DNA of 62,564 nucleotides, filler included, from It is 4 parts of 4 records of this genome, joined end to end, with 100 filler letters (N's around TTAATTAATTAA, not from the genome) between each part and the next. Parts side by side here need not be neighbours in the genome. Positions count along the whole stretch, not along the records: positions 1 to 24,833 come from SRR31156797_14834; positions 24,934 to 40,322 come from SRR31156797_14844; 2 more parts are not named here. One strand, 5' to 3'. Shown piece by piece: positions 22,101 to 30,817 of this stretch (position 1 is its first letter; each line of letters starts with the position of its first letter). The notes under the pieces were generated by a model. It saw only the letters and a program-made list of their open reading frames with translations, ran no database searches and was not told where the DNA came from. The position numbers and the translations under genes were made by a program.

Positions 22101-23194
22101 TAAAGTTTTTCATTTTCAATATATGTTTCTAGTCCTTGTTCTTCAAATCTATCAGTTAACAGTTGCCCTATTCTTTCTTTATCTGTAATCTGATCATCTA
22201 AACAAATTTTTTCTACATATGATTTAGTTTCATTGCAACTTACATTTAATTTTTCTCTTATTTCATTTTTTAATTCTTCTAACTCTAATTCTTTTTTCTG
22301 CTCTTTTTTTATATCAACCTCTATTTGAATATTTTCAACTAAGTTTCTTCTATTCTTGAAATGAGGATCTAATTTATTCCCTCTTATCTTTTGAATTTTC
22401 TTTTGCTCTTTCAATTCTTCATCACTCATAGAATCTTCATTTTCACCTTTTAATCTAAAAGTAATAGTTTTATCTTTTTCATTAAGACCCCTCATTACTT
22501 CCACATTAAAATCCAGCAAATTCTCTTTGAACATTTCAAAGATTTGCTGGTTATCATTTATATTATTTTCAGCACAATATTCTAAAGTCATTCTTTCAGA
22601 TTCTATCAAAGCATTGTGTATTTTATCTTTCCAAGGAATAATATTTTTTTCCAATAATTCTTTTTCTAATTTTGTTTGTACTCTTCCATAATCTCTAGTG
22701 AGTCTTTCATTATTCAAATCAATTTCTCTTAACTGATGCTCTCTTGAGATTTCATTTGATATCTCCTTCCAATGATGTAATTCTTTTTTATTCATTTGAA
22801 ATTTTCTTCCATGAACGTGACTTACAGAATTAACTACAAAGTGATTATGTAAGTGATCTTTATCTGAATGGGTAACCATGTATACTTGAAAATCTTCAAA
22901 TTTTTCATTTCTCTCAATAAAGTTTTGTCCAAGTTGATGAGCAAGATCTGGAGTCATTTTCTCCTCACCAGATTCAAAAGTTTGAACAAAATGATAATAT
23001 TGCCTTCCTCCCATTTTTCCAAAAATTTCTTTTGTATCTTTAAAATCCTCTTTTATAGATTCCGGAGAATCATAAAAGCAATCTTTCCCGTAAATATACT
23101 CGTATTCAATTTCTCCATTTCTATTACAGTAATCTAAAATTTTTTCACAGCTGCCGGAGGAAACTCCGCACTTCAACATTTTTAACAAAGACAT
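19190..23194 (-). CDS. MOBP-type relaxase/mobilisation nuclease with long repetitive C-terminal extension
   Basis: Catalytic Tyr (ILDY), RQYYHFVQTF, 3H motif THSDKDHLHNHFVVNSV, C-terminal EIELER; immediately downstream of mobC. Confidence 0.9.
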   Translation of the reverse strand: MSLLKMLKCGVSSGSCEKILDYCNRNGEIEYEYIYGKDCFYDSPESIKEDFKDTKEIFGKMGGRQYYHFVQTFESGEEKMTPDLAHQLGQNFIERNEKFEDFQVYMVTHSDKDHLHNHFVVNSVSHVHGRKFQMNKKELHHWKEISNEISREHQLREIDLNNERLTRDYGRVQTKLEKELLEKNIIPWKDKIHNALIESERMTLEYCAENNINDNQQIFEMFKENLLDFNVEVMRGLNEKDKTITFRLKGENEDSMSDEELKEQKKIQKIRGNKLDPHFKNRRNLVENIQIEVDIKKEQKKELELEELKNEIREKLNVSCNETKSYVEKICLDDQITDKERIGQLLTDRFEEQGLETYIENEKLYLSNNSELNSEQNNLKYEIDYIEIVNNISQKVELRWENNPSKEMIYEYKVKQLSLELEKVYEITKEKIIFDGVDDQSEMIQILKEKLNEFNIRIVEEDEKYIKLLEYSEHFSIDSYGIVKEEWLKKIVPEVNLKREEIEKEIKNEARQSVQKEISSIKKIISDEAKEKEISDVEKLKELISYTIEANEEFKNLKVDVKENKIEIYKNFSGSEELMITINTKSFAEKLSEEVKLVIENNQKIETARLEKIEEDKKVLSAKLDKAYEKTVTACADNKIVDDEKIQEVYEDKIKETGLNIEWKDEKFIAIYRYINENQKKMGYGRSLTIINDIKNDIQNEILKVAEQEHNFLKEQALVEFKQERKQIINAIKEQVLRTQDEIKRILREEIIENFKEFNVIERKNRFDIYKEINGQKIEITKIKFGKTAAEIYEELKPEILKQREQEIKQIDYKLKQAYILTKDVCSSERIVETEEILEKYKESIEEVGLEIKWETDKFISVYDYLNEENKEKGYGRNLVILDEIKNEVKQEIVELDLSLSDFKQERKEIINRIKEQLPETKAEIKEMLRQEIRNGFEDFILKESKNRFVISKEINGKETEITRVMLNKTSGEIYDELKLEQDLQVKTEVVRENKPTKELDRASDKNDYEPNYRSLKIDEAQIKKSFNDFRRRLTNEMGELKEKYQDLTKENEKLAAENRNGREKIKEIDSRRDLLKSKIDYLKKERDSQIRNLKLENFKPAVRKLFNKEIYEQQQRELRDDKAREIKIDYSKQITQKEEELFNKTDARNIIAKSINKNNSYINNNNQEIEKVTSRAHKIQNESSILYIKFKDNYIKEQNELNQKQIFEEKSSNLGERDYKVKLSKKSPERVKELEKRAYSSKDLRVERIQYIEEIMEEVIPKCSSLDELDKMMYEEYSIEMYVNEDDSEVEFKESGEKDYIKDNELDEEFHIENLLRIFRERLEKEKEIELER

Positions 23195-23198
23195 AAAC

Positions 23199-23612
23199 TC
23201 ACTTATCCTTTACAATGTCTGTAATTTTTTTTAATAGATCAGTATATGGATCTTGATAAATTTTTTTAAAAATTTCCTGCTTTACTGAATCATTATTTTG
23301 ATTTAGTTTACGAGCAATTTGATTTAAATTGATTCCTATTCTTCTTAAGTCATTTCTTAGATTATTTATCTCTTCTTTGATTTCATTTCTATTTATTTTT
23401 TTATGAGTATCTTCATGAGTGCAGCACATGATTCTAATGTAGCTACTTTTGTCAAGTTCCCATTTCTTACAATTTTTTAGAAGAACTTTTTCCTCTTCTT
23501 CACTTATTCTGAGTTCAATTCTTTTTGTATATTTTTTGTTTTTTTTCTTTCTTTCTGTCTTAGTCTCTTCTATCATTTGAGAGCTTATATTTTGATTTTG
23601 ATCTTCAGTCAT
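23199..23612 (-). CDS. mobC: MobC relaxosome accessory protein (RHH)
   Basis: RIELRISEEE...SSYIR ribbon-helix-helix and the MobC signature LRRIGINLNQIARKLN. Confidence 0.9.
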   Translation of the reverse strand: MTEDQNQNISSQMIEETKTERKKKNKKYTKRIELRISEEEEKVLLKNCKKWELDKSSYIRIMCCTHEDTHKKINRNEIKEEINNLRNDLRRIGINLNQIARKLNQNNDSVKQEIFKKIYQDPYTDLLKKITDIVKDK

Positions 23613-23637
23613 GTTTTACCATCCTTTGATTTTTTTA

Positions 23638-23927
23638 CAGCACACTTCAAAAAAATAACGATTGTGTGCTGGGTTTAGGTGGGTTCAAAGGGAGGAATCC
23701 TCCCTTGCTAGTGTAATATGTACGGACAGATTACGAATCTAGCTAATAAATACAAAAAATTAAAATTAGACATCTTAATGTTATAATATATCAGATTGAT
23801 ATATTTGTCAATTTTTGTTTTTGTATTTATTACATCAAACTCAGGGAGTTTGCTAGATTTTTTTCATCTTAAAGAAACTTTAAGATGAAAAAAATATAAT
23901 TAAATGATTGTAAATACATTTAATTAT
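23638..23927. mobile_element. Putative oriT region
   Basis: Cluster of inverted repeats upstream of mobC: CAGCACAC/GTGTGCTG; AAGGGAGG/CCTCCCTT (23688-23706); GTAATATGT/ACAGATTAC followed by GAATCTAG^C (nic-like, 23735-23743); an 18-bp perfect IR (23857-23895); an 11-bp IR (23896-23927). Confidence 0.65.
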
Positions 23928-24022
23928 CGGACCGGCACAACTTTGCCCCTCTTAATTAAACTAAAGTTACTAAGTGATCAAAACATTTCATAAGAAAATT
24001 TTAAAATTTTTAGGAGAGCTAA

Positions 24023-24391
24023 ATGAATAAAAATCCCAAGTTCATTAATCAACAGCAGGAAACTAATTCAAATAATTCTAACATCAAATTAGAAAAAAAA
24101 ACAACTTCGACTAAATCCTATGACGATCTTCTTCGAGAAGAATTAGTAAAAGAATCTCAAAGGAGAAAAAAAATTAAGAGAAATAAGAAAGAAAAAATTA
24201 AAAGAAGAGAAAAAAGATTAGTAGCTTTGGAAAATCAAAAAAAAGTTAAACTGGCAAATGAAATTCTTCAAGATACTTCGTTTGAGGAAATTGAATTTGT
24301 AATGAACTACTTAAAAGAAGATCCAGGAAATTATGCTAGACTTATTGAAAAAATAAAAAATTTTTCAAAAGTAAAAAGTGAAGAGAAATAA
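24023..24391 (+). CDS. Hypothetical basic coiled-coil protein divergent from mobC
   Basis: AGGAGAG RBS; 122-aa Lys/Arg/Glu-rich ORF across the oriT-like region from mobC. Confidence 0.65.
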   Translation: MNKNPKFINQQQETNSNNSNIKLEKKTTSTKSYDDLLREELVKESQRRKKIKRNKKEKIKRREKRLVALENQKKVKLANEILQDTSFEEIEFVMNYLKEDPGNYARLIEKIKNFSKVKSEEK

Positions 24392-24833
24392 AAAATAGAA
24401 AGGAACTAAAATTTTAAATGATTGTATGAAGTTTACTTTTTAAATTAAATATGTTTTATTTAACGACTTTCGGTTTTAATTTTTAGGAAATCGTTTTTTT
24501 GAATAAATAAAAATCTCGATTAGCCGGATGATCTAATCCTTTTACTTAAATTTTCTTTTTTCCCTTTCTGAAGTTTTATTTTCAATCTAATTTGCTAATG
24601 TTTTAGTTTAGAATTTTTTTCCTTAATATAGTGTTGAATCTTTAATTCTTTTAAGTGAATTTTTTTATAAACCTTTGGACTTATTTCAACATTTTAATTT
24701 CAAGTATAGGCACAATACTAACTTCAAATGAAATTTTATCTGTAAATACGAAACTAATTTCTATATTTATTTTTCAATAAAGGTATAGTATTAACTTCAA
24801 ATGAATTTATAATGATGTGCGTAAATTTTGGCA

Positions 24834-24933
24834 NNNNNNNNNNNNNNNNNNNNNNNNNNNNNNNNNNNNNNNNNNNNTTAATTAATTAANNNNNNNNNNN
24901 NNNNNNNNNNNNNNNNNNNNNNNNNNNNNNNNN
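24834..24933. other. Artificial contig-joining spacer
   Basis: 44 N + TTAATTAATTAA (stops in all six frames) + 44 N; base composition changes abruptly across it. Confidence 0.98.
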
Positions 24934-26335
24934 ACAGGCCTATTTCCTGTTCAAGGAAGCAGCGGGCGCTCTTTGTTGTCTGCTCGCCCGACTTCCCCAT
25001 GACGCGTGCGCCCAAAAGGCTCATGATGCGGTCATGGGCCTGTTGAGTCGAACCACGGGTCATGCACAGCGGGCCGCTGCTGAAGCCCTGGGTGGGCTTC
25101 CTTTCTCCATTTCGGGTCCTTTTCCGAAACAGGAAGGGGAAACAAGATTTCCGATTTTGGGGTGGCGGGCCTTTTTGGAAGAAACCCGGACGTCATGTGA
25201 GGGGATACCCCGTTTCATGGGCAGAAGCCTCATTGTTAAAACAGCCGTAAATGATCATTTGTTGGTGATCAAACTGGCCGGTGAAAAGGACAACCCCGAA
25301 TCTCTGCTTCAGGAGGCGAATTGGCTGTACCATTTGAGGCGCAACGGTTATGTTTTTCCGGTAAAGTTTCATATCCCTCAAATCATGACGGTTGGGGGAA
25401 GTATTTCATTTAGGTTAAAAGACATCCCCATTTCCGCTCCCTGCGGGACAAAGCGCCATTCAAAGGGTTTTGCCATCGCTTTCCTGGCGCACCCGGATTA
25501 CTTCAAATACCCAAACGAAGGGGATTTAAAAAAACAGCTGGGTGCTGAAGAATTTTGTGAAACCGTATGCCGGAACGCGTTCTTATTCGGGAAACTGACC
25601 GGCCTGGGCATAATTCATACTGCACCCATACCCCTGTTTCATAACCGGGTGCAGGGTCCCAGGAGGGATGACCGGGGCCGATACCTCTGGCAGCGGGGAG
25701 GGCGGCTGGACCGATGGCTCTGGTCCTGCCGTTACCCCAATTTCGGTCTCTCCGGCATTCGGGATTTTGAGCACCTGGAGCCTTTCCAGGGACCGGCCCG
25801 AAAAGCCTATTCACCCATGGGGGCGCAGCTCTTGAGCCTTTTTCTGGTGACGGGAAGCTATTTTCGCATGAAAGACAGCCGCAGGGTGGGACTGGAACCC
25901 GGTGGCCGGCCCGTGGATACCAGAGAGCTGTTTCATAAACCCCTGCTTCAGGAAATCATTCAAGGTATTTTCCACCACTATTACAAGGGTTTCGTGGGAA
26001 AGCCTTTCAAAGGGGCCGTACCGGTCAATTTTTCCGCTCTGGCGGCGCGTATGGTGGATGAGATGGGCGTGGATCGATACATGGAGGAAATGCTGAGAAT
26101 TGCGGACCAGCAGGAAATGACGGATGCGGCGTTTATGGATTTTTTGTTGGAACGCGGTGTATCAATGGAAAAAGTACAACAAATGAGAAGGGGAGCGGAG
26201 GATATCACGCTGGTTACCGGACCCCATCTGGGCGGGTTCAACCAGCAGATATCCATTCCGGAGCTCATTGAGTCCGTGGGAACCATGGCGGCCCTGTGCA
26301 TTTACGGAAGGTATTGTGAAGAAAAATTGAAATGA
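24934..26335 (+). CDS. SidJ-related pseudokinase (5' end truncated by contig edge)
   Basis: Frame is open back to the contig start (QAYFLFKEAAGAL...). Motifs GRSL, VIKL, YFKYP, LFHNRVQGPRRDDRGRY, GRLDRW, YPN, SGIRDFEH and HLGGFN match my recollection of the Legionella SidJ core (FHTH...REDKGRY...GRIDKW...YVN..SGLAD). Confidence 0.8.
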
Positions 26336-26347
26336 GGAAGAAAGCCC

Positions 26348-26944
26348 ATGACAACGAATTATGAAAAAATGATCCGGAAAAATCTTTCAGGCCTGTTCGA
26401 AAAACTCCCCCCCGATCTGGAAACACGTTTGGGGGCCTCAAAAAGCGGTGAGGGTTTTTCCCTTCAAGCCTTTGGCGAAAAAGTCTGGTTCGATCACGAG
26501 CAGGTGACGTTTTCCGGCAAAAAAGACGTGGATCCAAGAGGACTTCTGGTCTCCCTTTATGCAACCCATGCGAGACCTGAAAAAATTCAGATTGAGCCTT
26601 ACAAGGCCTTCAAGGATTTTCCGGGAAGCATGCCCTATCACGGGGCTTTCAGCGCCAACAGCGAGCGGGTGTTGATCCCCCATGTAAACAAAATCCTGGA
26701 AAAAAAGGGGGAAATCATCTCTGCTTTTGATGGCAAAGCGATTCAAAGCGGCGATTTTTCCATGCTGCTCTATCCTTTTCCAAAGATTGTGGTCTGCACC
26801 ATTTTCTACCTGGAAGATGAAGATTTTCCCCCTTCGGCCACCTGCCTTTTTTCAGCCAACGCCCTTGATTTCATGCCCCTGGACGGCCTGGCCGATGTGG
26901 CGGAATACACATCCAGAAAAATCATCCGGATGGTTTCGGAATAG
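26348..26944 (+). CDS. DUF3786 domain protein
   Basis: LLVSLY, FKDFPGSMPY..AF, GDFS.LLYPFPKI, DEDFPPSATCLF pattern. Confidence 0.75.
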   Translation: MTTNYEKMIRKNLSGLFEKLPPDLETRLGASKSGEGFSLQAFGEKVWFDHEQVTFSGKKDVDPRGLLVSLYATHARPEKIQIEPYKAFKDFPGSMPYHGAFSANSERVLIPHVNKILEKKGEIISAFDGKAIQSGDFSMLLYPFPKIVVCTIFYLEDEDFPPSATCLFSANALDFMPLDGLADVAEYTSRKIIRMVSE

Positions 26945-26957
26945 GGATGCGGGGATC

Positions 26958-28031
26958 ATGATCGAAAAAAGCATGAAACATGATGCACCCTTGTGGAAAC
27001 AGCTGCTTTCAGAAAGTACCGTAAGCCTGGATGCCCTCCCTTGGCCCCCATCCGGCCACCGGGAAAAACTGGAACGTGTCATAGCCCGGTATCCCATGCG
27101 CATCAACCCCTATTACCGGGGGCTCATGGGCGAAGAGAATGACCCCATATACCGCCAGTGTGTGCCGGATATTCAAGAGCTGGACGATACCGGGGCCGAA
27201 GCGGACCCCTTAAACGAAGAAGGGCATTCGCCCGTTTACGGCCTGACCCACCGGTATCCGGATCGGGTTCTTCTCCTGGTCTCTTCGGAATGCGCCATGT
27301 ACTGCCGGTTCTGCAACCGAAAGCGAAAAGTGGGGCGTGGATCAATGGTAACGGATACGTCCATTGAACGGGGAATTGACTATATCAGAGCTCACGGGGA
27401 GGTGCGGGATGTGCTCCTCTCCGGAGGCGACCCCCTGCTTTTGGAAGATGCCCGGTTACGGGAAATCCTGAACGCCATTCACGCCATACCGCATGTGGAA
27501 ATCATACGGATCGGCACAAGGGTCCCCTGCACCCTGCCCCAACGGGTCACGCGAAAATTGGTTGCTTTGCTTCAAAAATTTCACCCCCTCTATATCAATG
27601 CCCACTTCAACCATCCCATGGAAATTACGCCTGAATCAAGCTTGGCCTGTAACCGTCTGGCCGATGCGGGAATCCCCTTGGGTTGCCAGACGGTCCTCTT
27701 GAAAGGGGTGAACGATGACGTGAATATCATGGGGACGCTTATGCGGAAACTCTTGACAATCCGGGTTAAACCCTACTATCTCTTCCATGGAGACCCTGCC
27801 AGGGGAACATCCCATTTCAGGACGTCCATGAAACGGGGCTTGAATATCATACGGGGACTGCAGGGTCATACTTCCGGCCTCTGCGTTCCCCATTATGCCA
27901 TCGATCTTCTGGGCGGCGGCGGCAAGGTGCCGCTTTTACCGGATTATCTCACGGGTCAAGACGGTGATGACCTGCTGGCAACCAATTACGCGGGAAAACA
28001 TTACCGCCATCCCGATGGAGGTGATGATTGA
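26958..28031 (+). CDS. KamA-family radical SAM enzyme, lysine 2,3-aminomutase type
   Basis: THRYPDR, CAMYCRFC (CxxxCxxC), LLSGGDPL, IRIGTRVP, PYYLFHGD, AIDLLGGGGK (PLP Lys). Start moved to ATG 26958, after the DUF3786 stop. Confidence 0.88.
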   Translation: MIEKSMKHDAPLWKQLLSESTVSLDALPWPPSGHREKLERVIARYPMRINPYYRGLMGEENDPIYRQCVPDIQELDDTGAEADPLNEEGHSPVYGLTHRYPDRVLLLVSSECAMYCRFCNRKRKVGRGSMVTDTSIERGIDYIRAHGEVRDVLLSGGDPLLLEDARLREILNAIHAIPHVEIIRIGTRVPCTLPQRVTRKLVALLQKFHPLYINAHFNHPMEITPESSLACNRLADAGIPLGCQTVLLKGVNDDVNIMGTLMRKLLTIRVKPYYLFHGDPARGTSHFRTSMKRGLNIIRGLQGHTSGLCVPHYAIDLLGGGGKVPLLPDYLTGQDGDDLLATNYAGKHYRHPDGGDD

Positions 28032-28041
28032 TGTGAAAAAA

Positions 28042-28185
28042 AAGCTGTTAGCCATTAGCTTCATAACATCTAAAGGTTATCGTAAAATTAGGTTGCCTCA
28101 AAAAGTGAGCGTTTCAATTCGCCATGAAGTTATTCGAATGTTTATAGTATTTAAGCTAACGGCTAATCGCTAAAAGCTAATGGCT
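28042..28185. repeat. Short intergenic element bounded by inverted GCTAAnn heptamer arrays
   Basis: GCTAACG GCTAATC GCTAAAA GCTAATG at 28155-28182; the reverse complement of 28042-28061 contains GCTAATG GCTAACA. Confidence 0.5.
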
Positions 28186-28215
28186 GGTTTTAGGTGCCAC
28201 AATAAGGAGATCCAT

Positions 28216-29820
28216 ATGATCAGGATTACATGTCTGGGTGCGGCGGGAAGTGTAACCGGTTCCTGTTACCTGGTGGAATCACCCGGTAACAAAAAGATGT
28301 TGGTGGACTGCGGGCTCTTTCAAGGGGGACGACAGATGGAAAGCCGCAACCGGGAGCCGTGGGGATTTGATCCCAAAGAGATTGAAACACTGTTTCTGAC
28401 CCACTCCCATGTGGACCATTGCGGACGGATTCCCAAGCTGGTCAAGGACGGATTCCGGGGGAAAATCATCACCACCCCGCCGACCGCTGAATTGTGTGAG
28501 ATTATGCTGCTGGATGCCGCCCACATCCAGGAGATGGACGCGGAATGGCAGACCCGCAAGAATTCCCGCCAGGCCAAGGCGCCCTTGGAACCCCTTTACA
28601 CCACGGAAGACGCGGAAAAAAGCCTCCAATTCCTTCACCCCATGGAGAGGGATCAGGTGTTGACCCCCGGCCCGGGGGTGAAAGCACGGCTTCGCAATGC
28701 GGGCCATATCCTGGGTTCTTCCATTCTGGAATTATGGATCGAGGAAAAGGATGAAACCATCAAGGTGGTCTTTTCAGGGGATCTGGGCAAGCAGGACCAG
28801 TTGATTGTAAGGGATCCCCATGAAATTTTTGACGCCGATTATCTCTTCGTGGAGTCCACTTACGGGAATCGTCTTCACCGGAGCTTTGAGGAGAGCAAGA
28901 AGGAATTGGTGGAAGCCATCAACTACAGTGTTTCCCATAAGGAAAAAATCATTATCCCTGCCTTTGCCGTGGAGAGAACCCAGGAAATCCTTTATATCCT
29001 GGGGGAATTCCATCGGGAAGGGCTCGTTCCGGATATCCCCATTTATCTGGACAGTCCCCTGGCCATCAAAGCGACCCAGATATTCAGAAAAAACAAGAAA
29101 TATTATGACGAAGAGGCCAGCGCCATTGTTGATGCGGGTTATGATCCTTTTGATATGCCCAACCTGAAATTTACCCCCACCACCCGTGAATCCATGGCCA
29201 TCAATGAAAAACCGGGATCCGCCATCATTATTGCCGGCAGCGGCATGTGTACGGCGGGACGGATCAAGCACCACCTGAAACACAACCTGTGGCGAACGGG
29301 GGCCAGTATTGTGATCGTGGGGTTTCAGGCCAAAGGGACCACCGGCAGAAAAATTGTGGATGGTGAAAAACAGGTCAAGATATTCAGGGAAAATGTGGCG
29401 GTCAGGGCAAAGGTGTTTCCCATCGGCGGATTTTCAGCCCATGCGGACCAGGCGGATCTCATTGAGTGGATTTCCCATTTTGAATCTGGGCCCAAGGTTT
29501 TTGTGGTGCATGGCGAAATTACAGCCAGCGAAGCCCTCGCCCGGGAAATTGAGGAAAAATTGAACCTGATTCCCCATATTCCCAAATGGAAGGAGCATTT
29601 GATCCTTAAATCAAAAGACGTTTCCGTGGATGAACCGGTACCCGAAAAAGAGGGTCCCGACGTGAAAACAACGCTCTTAAACAATATCATCGATCTGGAA
29701 AATGAGCTCAAGACCCTGCGGAAAAAGGTGAAAACAGGATCCCCTGACAAAGAAATGGGAGAGGAGCAGATCGATCAGTTGCAATATATCCAGGAAGAAC
29801 TCAAATCCATTCTGGCATGA
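28216..29820 (+). CDS. MBL-fold beta-CASP ribonuclease (YSH1-like)
   Basis: GSVTGSC, VDCGLFQG, THSHVDHCG, AGHILGS, FSGDLG, VESTYG, FSAHAD, VVHGE; AAGGAG RBS before ATG 28216. Confidence 0.9.
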   Translation: MIRITCLGAAGSVTGSCYLVESPGNKKMLVDCGLFQGGRQMESRNREPWGFDPKEIETLFLTHSHVDHCGRIPKLVKDGFRGKIITTPPTAELCEIMLLDAAHIQEMDAEWQTRKNSRQAKAPLEPLYTTEDAEKSLQFLHPMERDQVLTPGPGVKARLRNAGHILGSSILELWIEEKDETIKVVFSGDLGKQDQLIVRDPHEIFDADYLFVESTYGNRLHRSFEESKKELVEAINYSVSHKEKIIIPAFAVERTQEILYILGEFHREGLVPDIPIYLDSPLAIKATQIFRKNKKYYDEEASAIVDAGYDPFDMPNLKFTPTTRESMAINEKPGSAIIIAGSGMCTAGRIKHHLKHNLWRTGASIVIVGFQAKGTTGRKIVDGEKQVKIFRENVAVRAKVFPIGGFSAHADQADLIEWISHFESGPKVFVVHGEITASEALAREIEEKLNLIPHIPKWKEHLILKSKDVSVDEPVPEKEGPDVKTTLLNNIIDLENELKTLRKKVKTGSPDKEMGEEQIDQLQYIQEELKSILA

Positions 29821-29828
29821 CGGTAATG

Positions 29829-30539
29829 CTATAGATATTGTTCCCTGTTTTCCAGGAAATCCTTGAAGATCCTGTAGTACTGTGTTTCTTCATAATCGAT
29901 GGTTTCAACCGGCGTATGATCGAAGCTGAAAATGGTGGCACGGGGACAGGCCAGAAGGATGGGGGAGTGGGTGGCCACAATAAATTGAGCATGGCCGGCT
30001 TCTCCCATTTCTTTCAATATGCGGACCAGTTCCAACTGGCTTTTGGGCGAGAGGGCCGTCTCCGGTTCATCCATAAAGTACAAACCTTTAATTTGATACC
30101 GGGCCCTGAAATATGACATCATGGATTGACCATGGGATTGGGTGACCAGGGAACTACCACCAAAATATTTCAGGCTTTCCGGGTCTGCTACGGCCCATTC
30201 ATCCACGTATTCGGCAAAATTTCGAAAGTTATCGGAACCAAAAAACGATCCGGGCACATAGCCGTTTGTCCATTGCACATCCATATACCGGTAGAGCAGC
30301 TCTTCATAAGGATTTGCTTCCATGCGCCCGCCCCGTTCCTTTTCCCAGATATGGATGCCGCACTTCCGACACAATGCTTTAAGCAGAGTGGATTTCCCGG
30401 CACCGTTTTCCCCCACCAGAAAGGTTACCGGCGAAATGAACGCCAGCCGCCTGGTTTCCCGAAGAACTTTCAGATGAAAAGGGTAATGCCTGGTTGTGGG
30501 GTATTTCTCTGGTAAAAGTCGCATTTCTGTAAGGTGCAT
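29829..30539 (-). CDS. AAA/ABC-type ATPase (predicted ATPase)
   Basis: GENGAGKST, QSHGQS signature variant, YFMDEPETALSP, IVATHSP; GGAGG RBS before ATG 30539. Confidence 0.85.
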   Translation of the reverse strand: MHLTEMRLLPEKYPTTRHYPFHLKVLRETRRLAFISPVTFLVGENGAGKSTLLKALCRKCGIHIWEKERGGRMEANPYEELLYRYMDVQWTNGYVPGSFFGSDNFRNFAEYVDEWAVADPESLKYFGGSSLVTQSHGQSMMSYFRARYQIKGLYFMDEPETALSPKSQLELVRILKEMGEAGHAQFIVATHSPILLACPRATIFSFDHTPVETIDYEETQYYRIFKDFLENREQYL

Positions 30540-30817
30540 TCTAAAACCTCCGGAAAATTTCATGGCAGTTCCATGCTTGACTTTATGGGCCAAACGCACT
30601 AGCCTTCTGAGCAGTTTTCAAACGCCTTTAAGTGTCTCGGCGCATCAGAATTTTTCAACACCATCGGGCAGTAAAAAAAGATGGGTTCACGGAACATGCA
30701 TCCCCTGGTTATCATCCGCATGTGCATTCTGTTATGTGGCGCAACTAATTGGGAATCGGTCGTGGCGTCGGTGCCGCGGTTGAATATGTCAACCAATATA
30801 TCAGGAGCGAAAATGTC

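Noticed and set aside
24708-24805. Two imperfect ~25-nt direct repeats (..TAACTTCAAATGAA) 73 bp apart, CRISPR- or iteron-like
   Set aside because: Only two diverged copies at a contig end, no palindrome, no cas or rep gene.
26727-26957. N-terminal extension of KamA in the ORF track
   Set aside because: It overlaps DUF3786 in another frame; KamA-like sequence starts after 26958.
26958-28031. Glutamate 2,3-aminomutase call, tempting next to a glutamylase homologue
   Set aside because: Both lysine-binding Asp residues (HGD, AID) are retained; glutamate-specific enzymes substitute them.
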